Positions 10,801 to 27,100 of a stretch of 64,000 nucleotides of DNA are shown one piece after another. The translations under genes and the position numbers were made by a program. Numbering within the stretch: position 1 is the stretch's first letter; each line of letters begins with the position of its first letter. Under the pieces are notes generated by a model. The model saw only the letters and a list, made by a program, of their open reading frames with translations, was not told the origin of the DNA and searched no databases. The stretch comes from Leptogorgia sarmentosa (taxonomy: Eukaryota), in assembly GCA_964658305.1 (NCBI GenBank), contig OZ210885.1, forward strand, positions 14,818,001-14,882,000. The letters are read 5' to 3'.

Positions 10801-13800
10801 GTATTCCCAGGTGGTCACCCATCCAAGTACTAACTTTGCCCACCTAGGCTTAACTTCGGTGAGCAGACGAGAACTGGTATTTTCCTACTGGTATGGTCGT
10901 AGACATTTGTTGATGCAAGTTACACTTTTCAAATTTGTAACTATAACAAAACCCTGAAGTTGAAATTGAAAGCAAACCTATTTACAAACACACATACAAT
11001 AAAATGAAGCAAGTCTACAACACAAAGTATTCCCAGGTAGTCACCCATCCAAGTACTAACTTTGCCCACCTAGGCTTAACTTCGGTGATCAGACGAGAAC
11101 CGTTATTTTCCTACTGGTATGGTCGTAGACATTTGTTCATGGAAGTTACACTTTTTAAACGTGTAACAATAACAAAACCCTGAAGTTGAAATTGAAAGCA
11201 AACCTATTTACAAACACACATACAATAAAATGAAGCAAGTCTACAACACAAAGTATTCCCAGGTGGTCACCCATCCAACTACTAACTTTGCCCACCTAGG
11301 CTTAACTTCGGTGATCAGACGAGAACCGGTATTTTCCTACTCGTACGGTCGTAGACATTTGTGGATGGAAGTTACACTTTTTAAACGTGTAACAATAACA
11401 AAACCCTGAAGTTGAAATTGAAAGGAATGATATTTACAAATAGGCATTAAATAACATTTAGCAAAACAACAATACAAAGTATTTCCAGATGTAGCAATAA
11501 CAAAATCCCTGAAGTTTACATTGAAAGCAAACCTATTTACAAACACACATACAATAAAATGAAGCAAGTCTACAACACAAAGTATTCCCAGGTGGTCACC
11601 CATCCAAGTACTAACGTTGCCCACCTAGGCTTAACTTTGGTGATCAGACGAGAACCGGTATTTTCCTACTCGTACGGTCGTAGACATTTGTTGATGGAAG
11701 TTATACTTTTTAAACGTGTAACAATAACAAAACCCTGAAGTTGAAATTGAAAGCAAACCTATTTACAAACACACATACAATAAAATGAAGCAAGTCTACA
11801 ACACAAAGTATTCCCAGGTAGTCACCCATCCAAGTACTAACTTTGCCCACCTAGGCTTAACTTCGGTGATCAGACGAGAACCGGTATTTTCCTACTGGTA
11901 TGGTCGTAGACATTTGTTGATGGAAGTTACACTTTTTAAACGTGTAACAATAACAAAACCCTGAAGTTGAAATTGAAAGCAAACCTATTTACAAACACAC
12001 ATACAATAAAATGAAGCAAGTCTACAACACAAAGTATTCTCAGGTGGTCACCCATCCAACTACTAACTTTGCCCACCTAGGCTTAACTTCGGTGATCAGA
12101 CGAGAACCGGTATTTTCCTACTCGTATGGTCGTAAACATTTGTTGATGGAAGTTACACTTTTTAAACGTGTAACAATAACAAAACCCCGAAGTTGAAATT
12201 GAAAGCAAACCTATTTACAAACACACATACAATAAAATGAAGCAAGTCTACAACACAAAGTATTCCCAGGTGGTCACCCATCCAACTACTAACTTTGCCC
12301 ACCTAGGCTTAACTTCGGTGATCAGACGAGAACCGGTATTTTCCTACTCGTACGGTCGTAGACATTTGTGGATGGAAGTTACACTTTTTAAACGTGTAAC
12401 AATAACAAAACCCTGAAGTTGAAATTGAAAGGAATGATATTTACAAATAGGCATTAAATAACATTTAGCAAAACAACAATACAAAGTATTTCCAGATGTA
12501 GCAATAACAAAATCCCTGAAGTTTACATTGAAAGCAAACCTATTTACAAACACACATACAATAAAATGAAGCAAGTCTACAACACAAAGTATTCCCAGGC
12601 GGTCACCCATCCAACTACTAACTGTGCCCACCTAGGGTTAACTTCGGTGATCAGACGAGAACCGGTACTTTCCTACTGGTATCGTCGTAGACATTTGTTG
12701 ATGGAAGTAACACTTTTTAAACATGTAACAATAACAAAACCCTGAAGTTGAAATTGAAAGCAAACCTATTTACAAACACACATACAATAAAATGAAGCAA
12801 GTCTACAACACAAAGTATTCCCAGGTGGTCACCCATCCAACTACTAACTTTGCCCACCTAGGCTTAACTTCGGTGATCAGACGAGAACCGGTATTTTCCT
12901 ACTCGTATGGTCGTAAACATTTGTTGATGGAAGTTACACTTTTTAAACGTGTAACAATAACAAAACCCCGAAGTTGAAATTGAAAGCAAACCTATTTACA
13001 AACACACATACAATAAAATGAAGCAAGTCTACAACACAAAGTATTCCCAGGTGGTCACCCATCCAACTACTAACTTTGCCCACCTAGGCTTAACTTCGGT
13101 GATCAGACGAGAACCGGTATTTTCCTACTCGTACGGTCGTAGACATTTGTTGATGGAAGTTACACTTTTTAAACGTGTAACAATAACAAAACCCTGAAGT
13201 TGAAATTGAAAGGAATTATATTTACAAATAGGCATTAAATAACATTTAGTAAAACAACAATACAAAGTATATCCAGATGTAGCAATAACAAAATCCCTGA
13301 AGTTTACATTGAAAGCAAACCTATTTACAAACACACATACAATAAAATGAAGCAAGTCTACAACACAAAGTATTCCCAGGTGGTCACCCAACCAAGTACT
13401 AACGTTGCCCACCTAGGCTTAACTTCGGTGGTCAGACGAGAACCGGTATTTTCCAACTGGTATGGTTGTAGACATTTGTTGATGGAAGTTACACTTTTTA
13501 AACGTGTAACAATAACAAAACCCTGAAGTTGAAATTGAAAGCAAACCTATTTACAAACACACATACAATAAAATGAAGCAAGTCTCCAACACAAAGTATT
13601 CCCAGGTGGTCACCCATCCAACTACTAACTGTGCCCACCTAGGGTTAACTTCGGTGATCAGACGAGAACCGGTATTTTCCTACTTGTACGGTCATAGACA
13701 TTTGTTGATGGAAGTTACACTTTTTAAACATGTAACAATAACAAAACCCTGAAGTTGAAATTGAAAGGAATGATATTTACAAATAGGCATTAAATAACAT

Positions 13801-16800
13801 TTAGCAAAACAACAATACAAAGTATTTCCAGATGTAGCAATAACAAAATCCCTGAAGTTTACATTGAAAGCAAACCTATTTACAAACACACATACAATAA
13901 AATGAAGCAAGTCTACAACACAAAGTATTCCCAGGTGGTCACCCATCCAAGTACTAACTTTGCCCACCTAGGCTTAACTTCAGTGATCAGACGAGAACCG
14001 GTACTTTCCTACTGGTATCGTCGTAGACATTTGTTGATGGAAGTAACACTTTTTAAACATGTAACAATAACAAAACCCTGAAGTTGAAATTGAAAGCAAA
14101 CCTATTTACAAACACACATACAATAAAATGAAGCAAGTCTACAACACAAAGTATTCCCAGGTGGTCACCCATCCAACTACTAACTTTGCCCACCTAGGCT
14201 TAACTTCGGTGATCAGACGAGAACCGGTATTTTCCAACTCGTATGGTCGTAAACATTTGTTGATGGAAGTTACACTTTTTAAACGTGTAACAATAACAAA
14301 ACCCCGAAGTTGAAATTGAAAGCAAACCTATTTACAAACACACATACAATAAAATGAAGCAAGTCTACAACACAAAGTATTCCCAGGTGGTCACCCATCC
14401 AACTACTAACTTTGCCCACCTAGGCTTAACTTCGGTGATCACACGAGAACCGGTATTTTCCTACTCGTACGGTCGTAGACATTTGTTGATGGAAGTTACA
14501 CTTTTTAAACGTGTAACAATAACAAAACCCTGAAGTTGAAATTGAAAGGAATTATATTTACAAATAGGCATTAAATAACATTTAGTAAAACAACAATACA
14601 AAGTATATCCAGATGTAGCAATAACAAAATCCCTGAAGTTTACATTGAAAGCAAACGTATTTACAAACACACATACAATAAAATGAAGCAAGTCTACAAC
14701 ACAAAGTATTCCCAGGTGGTCACCCATCCAAGTACTAACGTTGCCCACCTAGGCTTAACTTCGGTGATCAGACGAGAACCGGTATTTTCCTACTGGTATG
14801 GTTGTAGACATTTGTTGATGAAAGTTACACTTTTTAAACGTGTAACAATAACAAAACCCTGAAGTTGAAATTGAAAGCAAACCTATTTACAAACACACAT
14901 ACAATAAAATGAAGCAAGTCTACAACACAAAGTATTCCCAGGTAGTCACCCATCCAAGTACTAACTTTGCCCACCTAGGCTTAACTTCGGTGATCAGACG
15001 AGAACCGGTATTTTCCTAGTGGTATGGTCGTAGCCATTTGTTGATGGAAGTTACACTTTTTAAACATGTAACAATAACAAAACCCTGAAGTTGAAATTGA
15101 AAGCAAACCTATTTACAAACACACATACAATAAAATGAAGCAAGTCTACAACACAAAGTATTCCCAGGTGGTCACCCATCCAAGTACTAACTTTGCCCAC
15201 CTAGGCTTAACTTCGGTGATCAGACGAGAACCGGTATTTTCCTACTGGTATGGTCGTAGACATTTGTTGATGCAAGTTACACTTTTTAAATTTGTAACAA
15301 TAACAAAACCCTGAAGTTGAAATTGAAAGCAAACCTATTTACAAACACACATACAATAAAATGAAGCAAGTCTACAACACAAAGTATTCCCAGGTAGTCA
15401 CCCATCCAAGTACTAACTTTGCCCACCTAGGCTTAACTTCGGTGATCAGACGAGAACCGGAATTTTCCTACTCGTACGGTCGTAGACATTTGTTGATGGA
15501 AGTTACACTTTTTAAACGTGTAACAATAACAAAACCCTGAAGTTGAAATTGAAAGGAATGATATTTACAAATAGGCATTAAATAACATTTAGCAAAACAA
15601 CAATACAAAGTATTTCCAGATGTAGCAATAACAAAATCCCTGAAGTTTACATTGAAAGCAAACCTATTTACAAACACACATACAATAAAATGAAGCAAGT
15701 CTACAACACAAAGTATTCCCAGGCAGTCACCCATCCAACTACTAACTGTGCCCACCTAGGGTTAACTTCGGTGATCAGACGAGAACCGGTACTTTCCTAC
15801 TGGTATCGTCGTAGACATTTGTTGATGGAAGTAACACTTTTTAAACATGTAACAATAACAAAACCCTGAATTTGAAATTGAAAGCAAACCTATTTACAAA
15901 CACACATACAATAAAATGAAGCAAGTCTACAACACAAAGTATTCCCAGGTGGTCACCCATCCAACTACTAACTGTGCCCACCTAGGGTTAACTTCGGTGA
16001 TCAGACGAGAACCGGTATTTTCCTACTTGTACGGTCATAGACATTTGTTGATGGAAGTTACACTTTTTAAACATGTAACAATAACAAAACCCTGAAGTTG
16101 AAATTGAAAGGAATGATATTTACAAATAGGCATTAAATAACATTTAGCAAAACAACAATACAAAGTATTTCCAGATGTAGCAATAACAAAATCCCTGAAG
16201 TTTACATTGAAAGCAAACCTATTTACAAACACACATACAATAAAATGAAGCAAGTCTACAACACAAAGTATTCCTAGGTGGTCACCCATCCAAGTACTAA
16301 CTTTGCCCACCTAGGCTTAACTTCGGTGATCAGACGAGAACCGGTATTTTCCTAGTGGTATGGTCGTAGCCATTTGTTGATGGAAGTTACACTTTTTAAA
16401 CATGTAACAATAACAAAACCCTGAAGTTGAAATTGAAAGCAAACCTATTTACAAACACACATACAATAAAATGAAGCAAGTCTACAACACAAAGTATTCC
16501 CAGGTGGTCACCCATCCAAGTACTAACTTTGCCCACCTAGGCTTAACTTCGGTGATCAGACGAGAACTGGTATTTTCCTACTGGTATGGTCGTAGACATT
16601 TGTTGATGCAAGTTACACTTTTCAAATTTGTAACAATAACAAAACCCTGAAGTTGAAATTGAAAGCAAACCTATTTACAAACACACATACAATAAAATGA
16701 AGCAAGTCTACAACACAAAGTATTCCCAGGTAGTCACCCATCCAAGTACTAACTTTGCCCACCTAGGCTTAACTTCGGTGATCAGACGAGAACCGTTATT

Positions 16801-19800
16801 TTCCTACTGGTATGGTCGTAGACATTTGTTCATGGAAGTTACACTTTTTAAACGTGTAACAATAACAAAACCCTGAAGTTGAAATTGAAAGCAAACCTAT
16901 TTACAAACACACATACAATAAAATGAAGCAAGTCTACAACACAAAGTATTCCCAGGTGGTCACCCATCCAAGTACTAACGTTGCCCACCTAGGCTTAACT
17001 TCGGTGATCAGACGAGAACCGGTATTTTCCTACTCGTACGGTCGTAGACATTTGTTGATGGAAGTTACACTTTTTAAACGTGTAACAATAACAAAACCCT
17101 GAAGTTGAAATTGAAAGGAATTATATTTACAAATAGGCATTAAATAACATTTAGTAAAACAACAATACAAAGTATTTCCAGATGTAGCAATAACAAAATC
17201 CCTGAAGTTTACATTGAAAGCAAACCTATTTACAAACACACATACAATAAAATGAAGCAAGTCTACAACACAAAGTATTCCCAGGTGGTCACCCATCCAA
17301 GTACTAACGTTGCCCACCTAGGCTTAACTTTGGTGATCAGACGAGAACCGGTATTTTCCTACTCGTACGGTCGTAGACATTTGTTGATGGAAGTTATACT
17401 TTTTAAACGTGTAACAATAACAAAACCCTGAAGTTGAAATTGAAAGCAAACCTATTTACAAACACACATACAATAAAATGAAGCAAGTCTACAACACAAA
17501 GTATTCCCAGGTAGTCACCCATCCAAGTACTAACTTTGCCCACCTAGGCTTAACTTCGGTGATCAGACGAGAACCGGTATTTTCCTACTGGTATGGTCGT
17601 AGACATTTGTTGATGGAAGTTACACTTTTTAAACGTGTAACAATAACAAAACCCCGAAGTTGAAATTGAAAGCAAACCTATTTACAAACACACATACAAT
17701 AAAATGAAGCAAGTCTACAACACAAAGTATTCCCAGGTGGTCACCCATCCAACTACTAACTTTGCCCACCTAGGCTTAACTTCGGTGATCAGACGAGAAC
17801 CGGTATTTTCCTACTCGTACGGTCGTAGACATTTGTGGATGGAAGTTACACTTTTTAAACGTGTAACAATAACAAAACCCTGAAGTTGAAATTGAAAGGA
17901 ATGATATTTACAAATAGGCATTAAATAACATTTAGCAAAACAACAATACAAAGTATTTCCAGATGTAGCAATAACAAAATCCCTGAAGTTTACATTGAAA
18001 GCAAACCTATTTACAAACACACATACAATAAAATGAAGCAAGTCTACAACACAAAGTATTCCCAGGCGGTCACCCATCCAACTACTAACTGTGCCCACCT
18101 AGGGTTAACTTCGGTGATCAGACGAGAACCGGTACTTTCCTACTGGTATCGTCGTAGACATTTGTTGATGGAAGTAACACTTTTTAAACATGTAACAATA
18201 ACAAAACCCTGAAGTTGAAATTGAAAGCAAACCTATTTACAAACACACATACAATAAAATGAAGCAAGTCTACAACACAAAGTATTCCCAGGTGGTCACC
18301 CATCCAACTACTAACTTTGCCCACCTAGGCTTAACTTCGGTGATCAGACGAGAACCGGTATTTTCCTACTCGTATGGTCGTAAACATTTGTTGATGGAAG
18401 TTACACTTTTTAAACGTGTAACAATAACAAAACCCCGAAGTTGAAATTGAAAGCAAACCTATTTACAAACACACATACAATAAAATGAAGCAAGTCTACA
18501 ACACAAAGTATTCCCAGGTGGTCACCCATCCAACTACTAACTTTGCCCACCTAGGCTTAACTTCGGTGATCAGACGAGAACCGGTATTTTCCTACTCGTA
18601 CGGTCGTAGACATTTGTTGATGGAAGTTACACTTTTTAAACGTGTAACAATAACAAAACCCTGAAGTTGAAATTGAAAGGAATTATATTTACAAATAGGC
18701 ATTAAATAACATTTAGTAAAACAACAATACAAAGTATATCCAGATGTAGCAATAACAAAATCCCTGAAGTTTACATTGAAAGCAAACCTATTTACAAACA
18801 CACATACAATAAAATGAAGCAAGTCTACAACACAAAGTATTCCCAGGTGGTCACCCAACCAAGTACTAACGTTGCCCACCTAGGCTTAACTTCGGTGATC
18901 AGACGAGAACCGGTATTTTCCAACTGGTATGGTTGTAGACATTTGTTGATGGAAGTTACACTTTTTAAACGTGTAACAATAACAAAACCCTGAAGTTGAA
19001 ATTGAAAGCAAACCTATTTACAAACACACATACAATAAAATGAAGCAAGTCTCCAACACAAAGTATTCCCAGGTGGTCACCCATCCAACTACTAACTGTG
19101 CCCACCTAGGGTTAACTTCGGTGATCAGACGAGAACCGGTATTTTCCTACTTGTACGGTCATAGACATTTGTTGATGGAAGTTACACTTTTTAAACATGT
19201 AACAATAACAAAACCCTGAAGTTGAAATTGAAAGGAATGATATTTACAAATAGGCATTAAATAACATTTAGCAAAACAACAATACAAAGTATTTCCAGAT
19301 GTAGCAATAACAAAATCCCTGAAGTTTACATTGAAAGCAAACCTATTTACAAACACACATACAATAAAATGAAGCAAGTCTACAACACAAAGTATTCCCA
19401 GGTGGTCACCCATCCAAGTACTAACTTTGCCCACCTAGGCTTAACTTCAGTGATCAGACGAGAACCGGTACTTTCCTACTGGTATCGTCGTAGACATTTG
19501 TTGATGGAAGTAACACTTTTTAAACATGTAACAATAACAAAACCCTGAAGTTGAAATTGAAAGCAAACCTATTTACAAACACACATACAATAAAATGAAG
19601 CAAGTCTACAACACAAAGTATTCCCAGGTGGTCACCCATCCAACTACTAACTTTGCCCACCTAGGCTTAACTTCGGTGATCAGACGAGAACCGGTATTTT
19701 CCTACTCGTATGGTCGTAAACATTTGTTGATGGAAGTTACACTTTTTAAACGTGTAACAATAACAAAACCCCGAAGTTGAAATTGAAAGCAAACCTATTT

Positions 19801-21389
19801 ACAAACACACATACAATAAAATGAAGCAAGTCTACAACACAAAGTATTCCCAGGTGGTCACCCATCCAACTACTAACTTTGCCCACCTAGGCTTAACTTC
19901 GGTGATCAGACGAGAACCGGTATTTTCCTACTCGTACGGTCGTAGACATTTGTTGATGGAAGTTACACTTTTTAAACGTGTAACAATAACAAAACCCTGA
20001 AGTTGAAATTGAAAGGAATTATATTTACAAATAGGCATTAAATAACATTTAGTAAAACAACAATACAAAGTATATCCAGATGTAGCAATAACAAAATCCC
20101 TGAAGTTTACATTGAAAGCAAACGTATTTACAAACACACATACAATAAAATGAAGCAAGTCTACAACACAAAGTATTCCCAGGTGGTCACCCATCCAAGT
20201 ACTAACGTTGCCCACCTAGGCTTAACTTCGGTGATCAGACGAAAACCGGTATTTTCCTACTGGTATGGTTGTAGACATTTGTTGATGAAAGTTACACTTT
20301 TTAAACGTGTAACAATAACAAAACCCTGAAGTTGAAATTGAAAGCAAACCTATTTACAAACACACATACAATAAAATGAAGCAAGTCTACAACACAAAGT
20401 ATTCCCAGGTAGTCACCCATCCAAGTACTAACTTTGCCCACCTAGGCTTAACTTCGGTGATCAGACGAGAACCGGTATTTTCCTAGTGGTATGGTCGTAG
20501 CCATTTGTTGATGGAAGTTACACTTTTTAAACATGTAACAATAACAAAACCCTGAAGTTGAAATTGAAAGCAAACCTATTTACAAACACACATACAATAA
20601 AATGAAGCAAGTCTACAACACAAAGTATTCCCAGGTGGTCACCCATCCAAGTACTAACTTTGCCCACCTAGGCTTAACTTCGGTGATCAGACGAGAACCG
20701 GTATTTTCCTACTGGTATGGTCGTAGACATTTGTTGATGCAAGTTACACTTTTTAAATTTGTAACAATAACAAAACCCTGAAGTTGAAATTGAAAGCAAA
20801 CCTATTTACAAACACACATACAATAAAATGAAGCAAGTCTACAACACAAAGTATTCCCAGGTAGTCACCCATCCAAGTACTAACTTTGCCCACCTAGGCT
20901 TAACTTCGGTGATCAGACGAGAACCGGAATTTTCCTACTCGTACGGTCGTAGACATTTGTTGATGGAAGTTACACTTTTTAAACGTGTAACAATAACAAA
21001 ACCCTGAAGTTGAAATTGAAAGGAATTATATTTACAAATAGGCATTAAATAACATTTAGTAAAACAACAATACAAAGTATTTCCAGATGTAGCAATAACA
21101 AAATCCCTGAAGTTTACATTGAAAGCAAACCTATTTACAAACACACATACAATAAAATGAAGCAAGTCTACAACACAAAGTATTCCCAGGTAGTCACCCA
21201 TCCAAGTACTAACTTTGCCCACCTAGGCTTAACTTCGGTGATCAGACGAGAACCAGTAGTTTCCTACTGGTATGGTCGTAGACATTTGTTGATGGAAGTA
21301 ACACTTTTTAAACGTGTAACAATAACAAAACCCTGAAGTTGAAATTGAAAGCAAACCTATTTACAAACACACATACAATAAAATGAAGC

Positions 21390-21506
21390 AAGTCTACAAC
21401 AAAGTATTCCCAGGTGGTCACCCATCCAACTACTAACTTTCCCACCTAGGCTTAACTTCGGTGATCAGACGAGAACCGGTATTTTCCTACTTGTACGGTC
21501 GTAGAC
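21390..21506 (-). pseudogene. 5S copy with a 2-bp and a 1-bp deletion
   Basis: tacaacaaag lacks ac and aactttccc lacks g; the interval is 552 instead of 555. Confidence 0.75.
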
Positions 21507-24199
21507 ATTTGTTGATGCAAGTTACACTTTTTAAATGTGTAACAATAACAAAACCCTGAAGTTGAAATTGAAAGGAATTATATTTACAAATAGGCATTAA
21601 ATAACATTTAGGAAAACAACAATACAAAAAATTTCCAGATGTAGCAATAACAAAATCCCTGAAGTTTACATTGAAAGCAAACCTATTTACAAACACACAT
21701 ACAATAAAATGAAGCAAGTCTACAACACAAAGTATTCCCAGGTGGTCACCCATCCAAATACTAACGTTGCCCACCTAGGCTTAACTTCGGTGATCAGACG
21801 AGAACCGGTATTTTCCTACTCGTACGGTCGTAGACATTTGTTGATGGAAGTTACACTTTTTAAACGTGTAACAATAACAAAACCCTGAAGTTGAAATTGA
21901 AAGGAATTATATTTACAAATAGGCATTAAATAACATTTAGTAAAACAACAATACAAAGTATTTCCAGATGTAGCAATAACAAAATCCCTGAAGTTTACAT
22001 TGAAAGCAAACCTATTTACAAACACACATACAATAAAATGAAGCAAGTCTACAACACAAAGTATTCCCAGGTGGTCACCCATCCAAGTACTAACGTTGCC
22101 CACCTAGGCTTAACTTTGGTGATCAGACGAGAACCGGTATTTTCCTACTCGTACGGTCGTAGACATTTGTTGATGGAAGTTACACTTTTTAAACGTGTAA
22201 CAATAACAAAACCCTGAAGTTGAAATTGAAAGCAAACCTATTTACAAACACACATACAATAAAATGAAGCAAGTCTACAACACAAAGTATTCCCAGGTAG
22301 TCACCCATCCAAGTACTAACTTTGCCCACCTAGGCTTAACTTCGGTGATCAGACGAGAACCGGTATTTTCCTACTGGTATGGTCGTAGACATTTGTTGAT
22401 GGAAGTTACACTTTTTAAACGTGTAACAATAACAAAACCCTGAAGTTGAAATTGAAAGCAAACCTATTTACAAACACACATACAATAAAATGAAGCAAGT
22501 CTACAACACAAAGTATTCCCAGGTAGTCACCCATCCAAGTACTAACTTTGCCCACCTAGGCTTAACTTCGGTGATCAGACGAGAACCGGTATTTTCCTAC
22601 TCGTACGGTCGTAGACATTTGTTGATGGAAGTTACACTTTTTAAACGTGTAACAATAACAAAACCCTGAAGTTGAAATTGAAAGGAATGATATTTACAAA
22701 TAGGCATTAAATAACATTTAGCAAAACAACAATACAAAGTATTTCCAGATGTAGCAATAACAAAATCCCTGAAGTTTACATTGAAAGCAAACCTATTTAC
22801 AAACACACATACAATAAAATGAAGCAAGTCTACAACACAAAGTATTCCCAGGCAGTCACCCATCCAACTACTAACTGTGCCCACCTAGGGTTAACTTCGG
22901 TGATCAGACGAGAACCGGTACTTTCCTACTGGTATCGTCGTAGACATTTGTTGATGGAAGTAACACTTTTTAAACATGTAACAATAACAAAACCCTGAAT
23001 TTGAAATTGAAAGCAAACCTATTTACAAACACACATACAATAAAATGAAGCAAGTCTACAACACAAAGTATTCCCAGGTGGTCACCCATCCAACTACTAA
23101 CTGTGCCCACCTAGGGTTAACTTCGGTGATCAGACGAGAACCGGTATTTTCCTACTTGTACGGTCATAGACATTTGTTGATGGAATTTACACTTTTTAAA
23201 CATGTAACAATAACAAAACCCTGAAGTTGAAATTGAAAGGAATGATATTTACAAATAGGCATTAAATAACATTTAGCAAAACAACAATACAAAGTATTTC
23301 CAGATGTAGCAATAACAAAATCCCTGAAGTTTACATTGAAAGCAAACCTATTTACAAACACACATACAATAAAATGAAGCAAGTCTACAACACAAAGTAT
23401 TTCTAGGTGGTCACCCATCCAAGTACTAACTTTGCCCACCTAGGCTTAACTTCGGTGATCAGACGAGAACCGGTATTTTCCTAGTGGTATGGTCGTAGCC
23501 ATTTGTTGATGGAAGTTACACTTTTTAAACATGTAACAATAACAAAACCCTGAAGTTGAAATTGAAAGCAAACCTATTTACAAACACACATACAATAAAA
23601 TGAAGCAAGTCTACAACACAAAGTATTCCCAGGTGGTCACCCATCCAAGTACTAACTTTGCCCACCTAGGCTTAACTTCGGTGATCAAACGAGAACCGGT
23701 ATTTTCCTACTGGTATGGTCGTAGACATTTGTTGATGCAAGTTACACTTTTCAAATTTGTAACAATAACAAAACCCTGAAGTTGAAATTGAAAGCAAACC
23801 TATTTACAAACACACATACAATAAAATGAAGCAAGTCTACAACACAAAGTATTCCCAGGTAGTCACCCATCCAAGTACTAACTTTGCCCACCTAGGCTTA
23901 ACTTCGGTGATCAGACGAGAACCGTTATTTTCCTACTGGTATGGTCGTAGACATTTGTTCATGGAAGTTACACTTTTTAAACGTGTAACAATAACAAAAC
24001 CCTGAAGTTGAAATTGAAAGCAAACCTATTTACAAACACACATACAATAAAATGAAGCAAGTCTACAACACAAAGTATTCCCAGGTGGTCACCCATCCAA
24101 GTACTAACGTTGCCCACCTAGGCTTAACTTCGGTGATCAGACGAGAACCGGTATTTTCCTACTCGTACGGTCGTAGACATTTGTTGATGGAAGTTACAC

Positions 24200-27100
24200 T
24201 TTTTAAACGTGTAACAATAACAAAACCCTGAAGTTGAAATTGAAAGGAATTATATTTACAAATAGGCATTAAATAACATTTAGTAAAACAACAATACAAA
24301 GTATTTCCAGATGTAGCAATAACAAAATCCCTGAAGTTTACATTGAAAGCAAACCTATTTACAAACACACATACAATAAAATGAAGCAAGTCTACAACAC
24401 AAAGTATTCCCAGGTGGTCACCCATCCAAGTACTAACGTTGCCCACCTAGGCTTAACTTTGGTGATCAGACGAGAACCGGTATTTTCCTACTCGTACGGT
24501 CGTAGAAATTTGTTGATGGAAGTTATACTTTTTAAACGTGTAACAATAACAAAACCCTGAAGTTGAAATTGAAAGCAAACCTATTTACAAACACACATAC
24601 AATAAAATGAAGCAAGTCTACAACACAAAGTATTCCCAGGTAGTCACCCATCCAAGTACTAACTTTGCCCACCTAGGCTTAACTTCGGTGATCAGACGAG
24701 AACCGGTATTTTCCTACTGGTATGGTCGTAGACATTTGTTGATGGAAGTTACACTTTTTAAACGTGTAACAATAACAAAACCCTGAAGTTGAAATTGAAA
24801 GCAAACCTATTTACAAACACACATACAATAAAATGAAGCAAGTCTACAACACAAAGTATTCTCAGGTGGTCACCCATCCAACTACTAACTTTGCCCACCT
24901 AGGCTTAACTTCGGTGATCAGACGAGAACCGGTATTTTCCTACTCGTATGGTCGTAAACATTTGTTGATGGAAGTTACACTTTTTAAACGTGTAACAATA
25001 ACAAAACCCCGAAGTTGAAATTGAAAGCAAACCTATTTACAAACACACATACAATAAAATGAAGCAAGTCTAGAACACAAAGTATTCCCAGGTGGTCACC
25101 CATCCAACTACTAACTTTGCCCACCTAGGCTTAACTTCGGTGATCAGACGAGAACCGGTATTTTCCTACTCGTACGGTCGTAGACATTTGTGGATGGAAG
25201 TTACACTTTTTAAACGTGTAACAATAACAAAACCCTGAAGTTGAAATTGAAAGGAATGATATTTACAAATAGGCATTAAATAACATTTAGCAAAACAACA
25301 ATACAATGTATTTCCAGATGTAGCAATAACAAAATCCCTGAAGTTTACATTGAAAGCAAACCTATTTACAAACACACATACAATAAAATGAAGCAAGTCT
25401 ACAACACAAAGTATTCCCAGGCGGTCACCCATCCAACTACTAACTGTGCCCACCTAGGGTTAACTTCGGTGATCAGACGAGAACCGGTACTTTCCTACTG
25501 GTATCGTCGTAGACATTTGTTGATGGAAGTAACACTTTTTAAACATGTAACAATAACAAAACCCTGAAGTTGAAATTGAAAGCAAACCTATTTACAAACA
25601 CACATACAATAAAATGAAGCAAGTCTACAACACAAAGTATTCCCAGGTGGTCACCCATCCAACTACTAACTTTGCCCACCTAGGCTTAACTTCGGTGATC
25701 AGACGAGAACCGGTATTTTCCTACTCGTATGGTCGTAAACATTTGTTGATGGAAGTTACACTTTTTAAACGTGTAACAATAACAAAACCCCGAAGTTGAA
25801 ATTGAAAGCAAACCTATTTACAAACACACATACAATAAAATGAAGCAAGTCTACAACACAAAGTATTCCCAGGTGGTCACCCATCCAACTACTAACTTTG
25901 CCCACCTAGGCTTAACTTCGGTGATCAGACGAGAACCGGTATTTTCCTACTCGTACGGTCGTAGACATTTGTTGATGGAAGTTACACTTTTTAAACGTGT
26001 AACAATAACAAAACCCTGAAGTTGAAATTGAAAGGAATTATATTTACAAATAGGCATTAAATAACATTTAGTAAAACAACAATACAAAGTATTTCCAGAT
26101 GTAGCAATAACAAAATCCCTGAAGTTTACATTGAAAGCAAACCTATTTACAAACACACATACAATAAAATGAAGCAAGTCTACAACACAAAGTATTCCCA
26201 GGTGGTCACCCATCCAAGTACTAACGTTGCCCACCTAGGCTTAACTTTGGTGATCAGACGAGAACCGGTATTTTCCTACTCGTACGGTCGTAGACATTTG
26301 TTGATGGAAGTTATACTTTTTAAACGTGTAACAATAACAAAACCCTGAAGTTGAAATTGAAAGCAAACCTATTTACAAACACACATACAATAAAATGAAG
26401 CAAGTCTACAACACAAAGTATTCCCAGGTAGTCACCCATCCAAGTACTAACTTTGCCCACCTAGGCTTAACTTCGGTGATCAGACGAGAACCGGTATTTT
26501 CCTACTGGTATGGTCGTAGACATTTGTTGATGGAAGTTACACTTTTTAAACGTGTAACAATAACAAAACCCTGAAGTTGAAATTGAAAGCAAACCTATTT
26601 ACAAACACACATACAATAAAATGAAGCAAGTCTACAACACAAAGTATTCTCAGGTGGTCACCCATCCAACTACTAACTTTGCCCACCTAGGCTTAACTTC
26701 GGTGATCAGACGAGAACCGGTATTTTCCTACTCGTATGGTCGTAAACATTTGTTGATGGAAGTTACACTTTTTAAACGTGTAACAATAACAAAACCCCGA
26801 AGTTGAAATTGAAAGCAAACCTATTTACAAACACACATACAATAAAATGAAGCAAGTCTAGAACACAAAGTATTCCCAGGTGGTCACCCATCCAACTACT
26901 AACTTTGCCCACCTAGGCTTAACTTCGGTGATCAGACGAGAACCGGTATTTTCCTACTCGTACGGTCGTAGACATTTGTGGATGGAAGTTACACTTTTTA
27001 AACGTGTAACAATAACAAAACCCTGAAGTTGAAATTGAAAGGAATGATATTTACAAATAGGCATTAAATAACATTTAGCAAAACAACAATACAATGTATT

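Larger units (their letters stand above)
1..23200. repeat. Higher-order repeat domain 1: 22-gene, 5693-bp unit and its variants (4686 and 7129 bp)
   Basis: Genes per long-spacer block run 4,4,3,2,3,4,2. The G97A marker (ctaggtgg) recurs near 201, 5894, 10580, 16273 and 23402. Confidence 0.9.
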
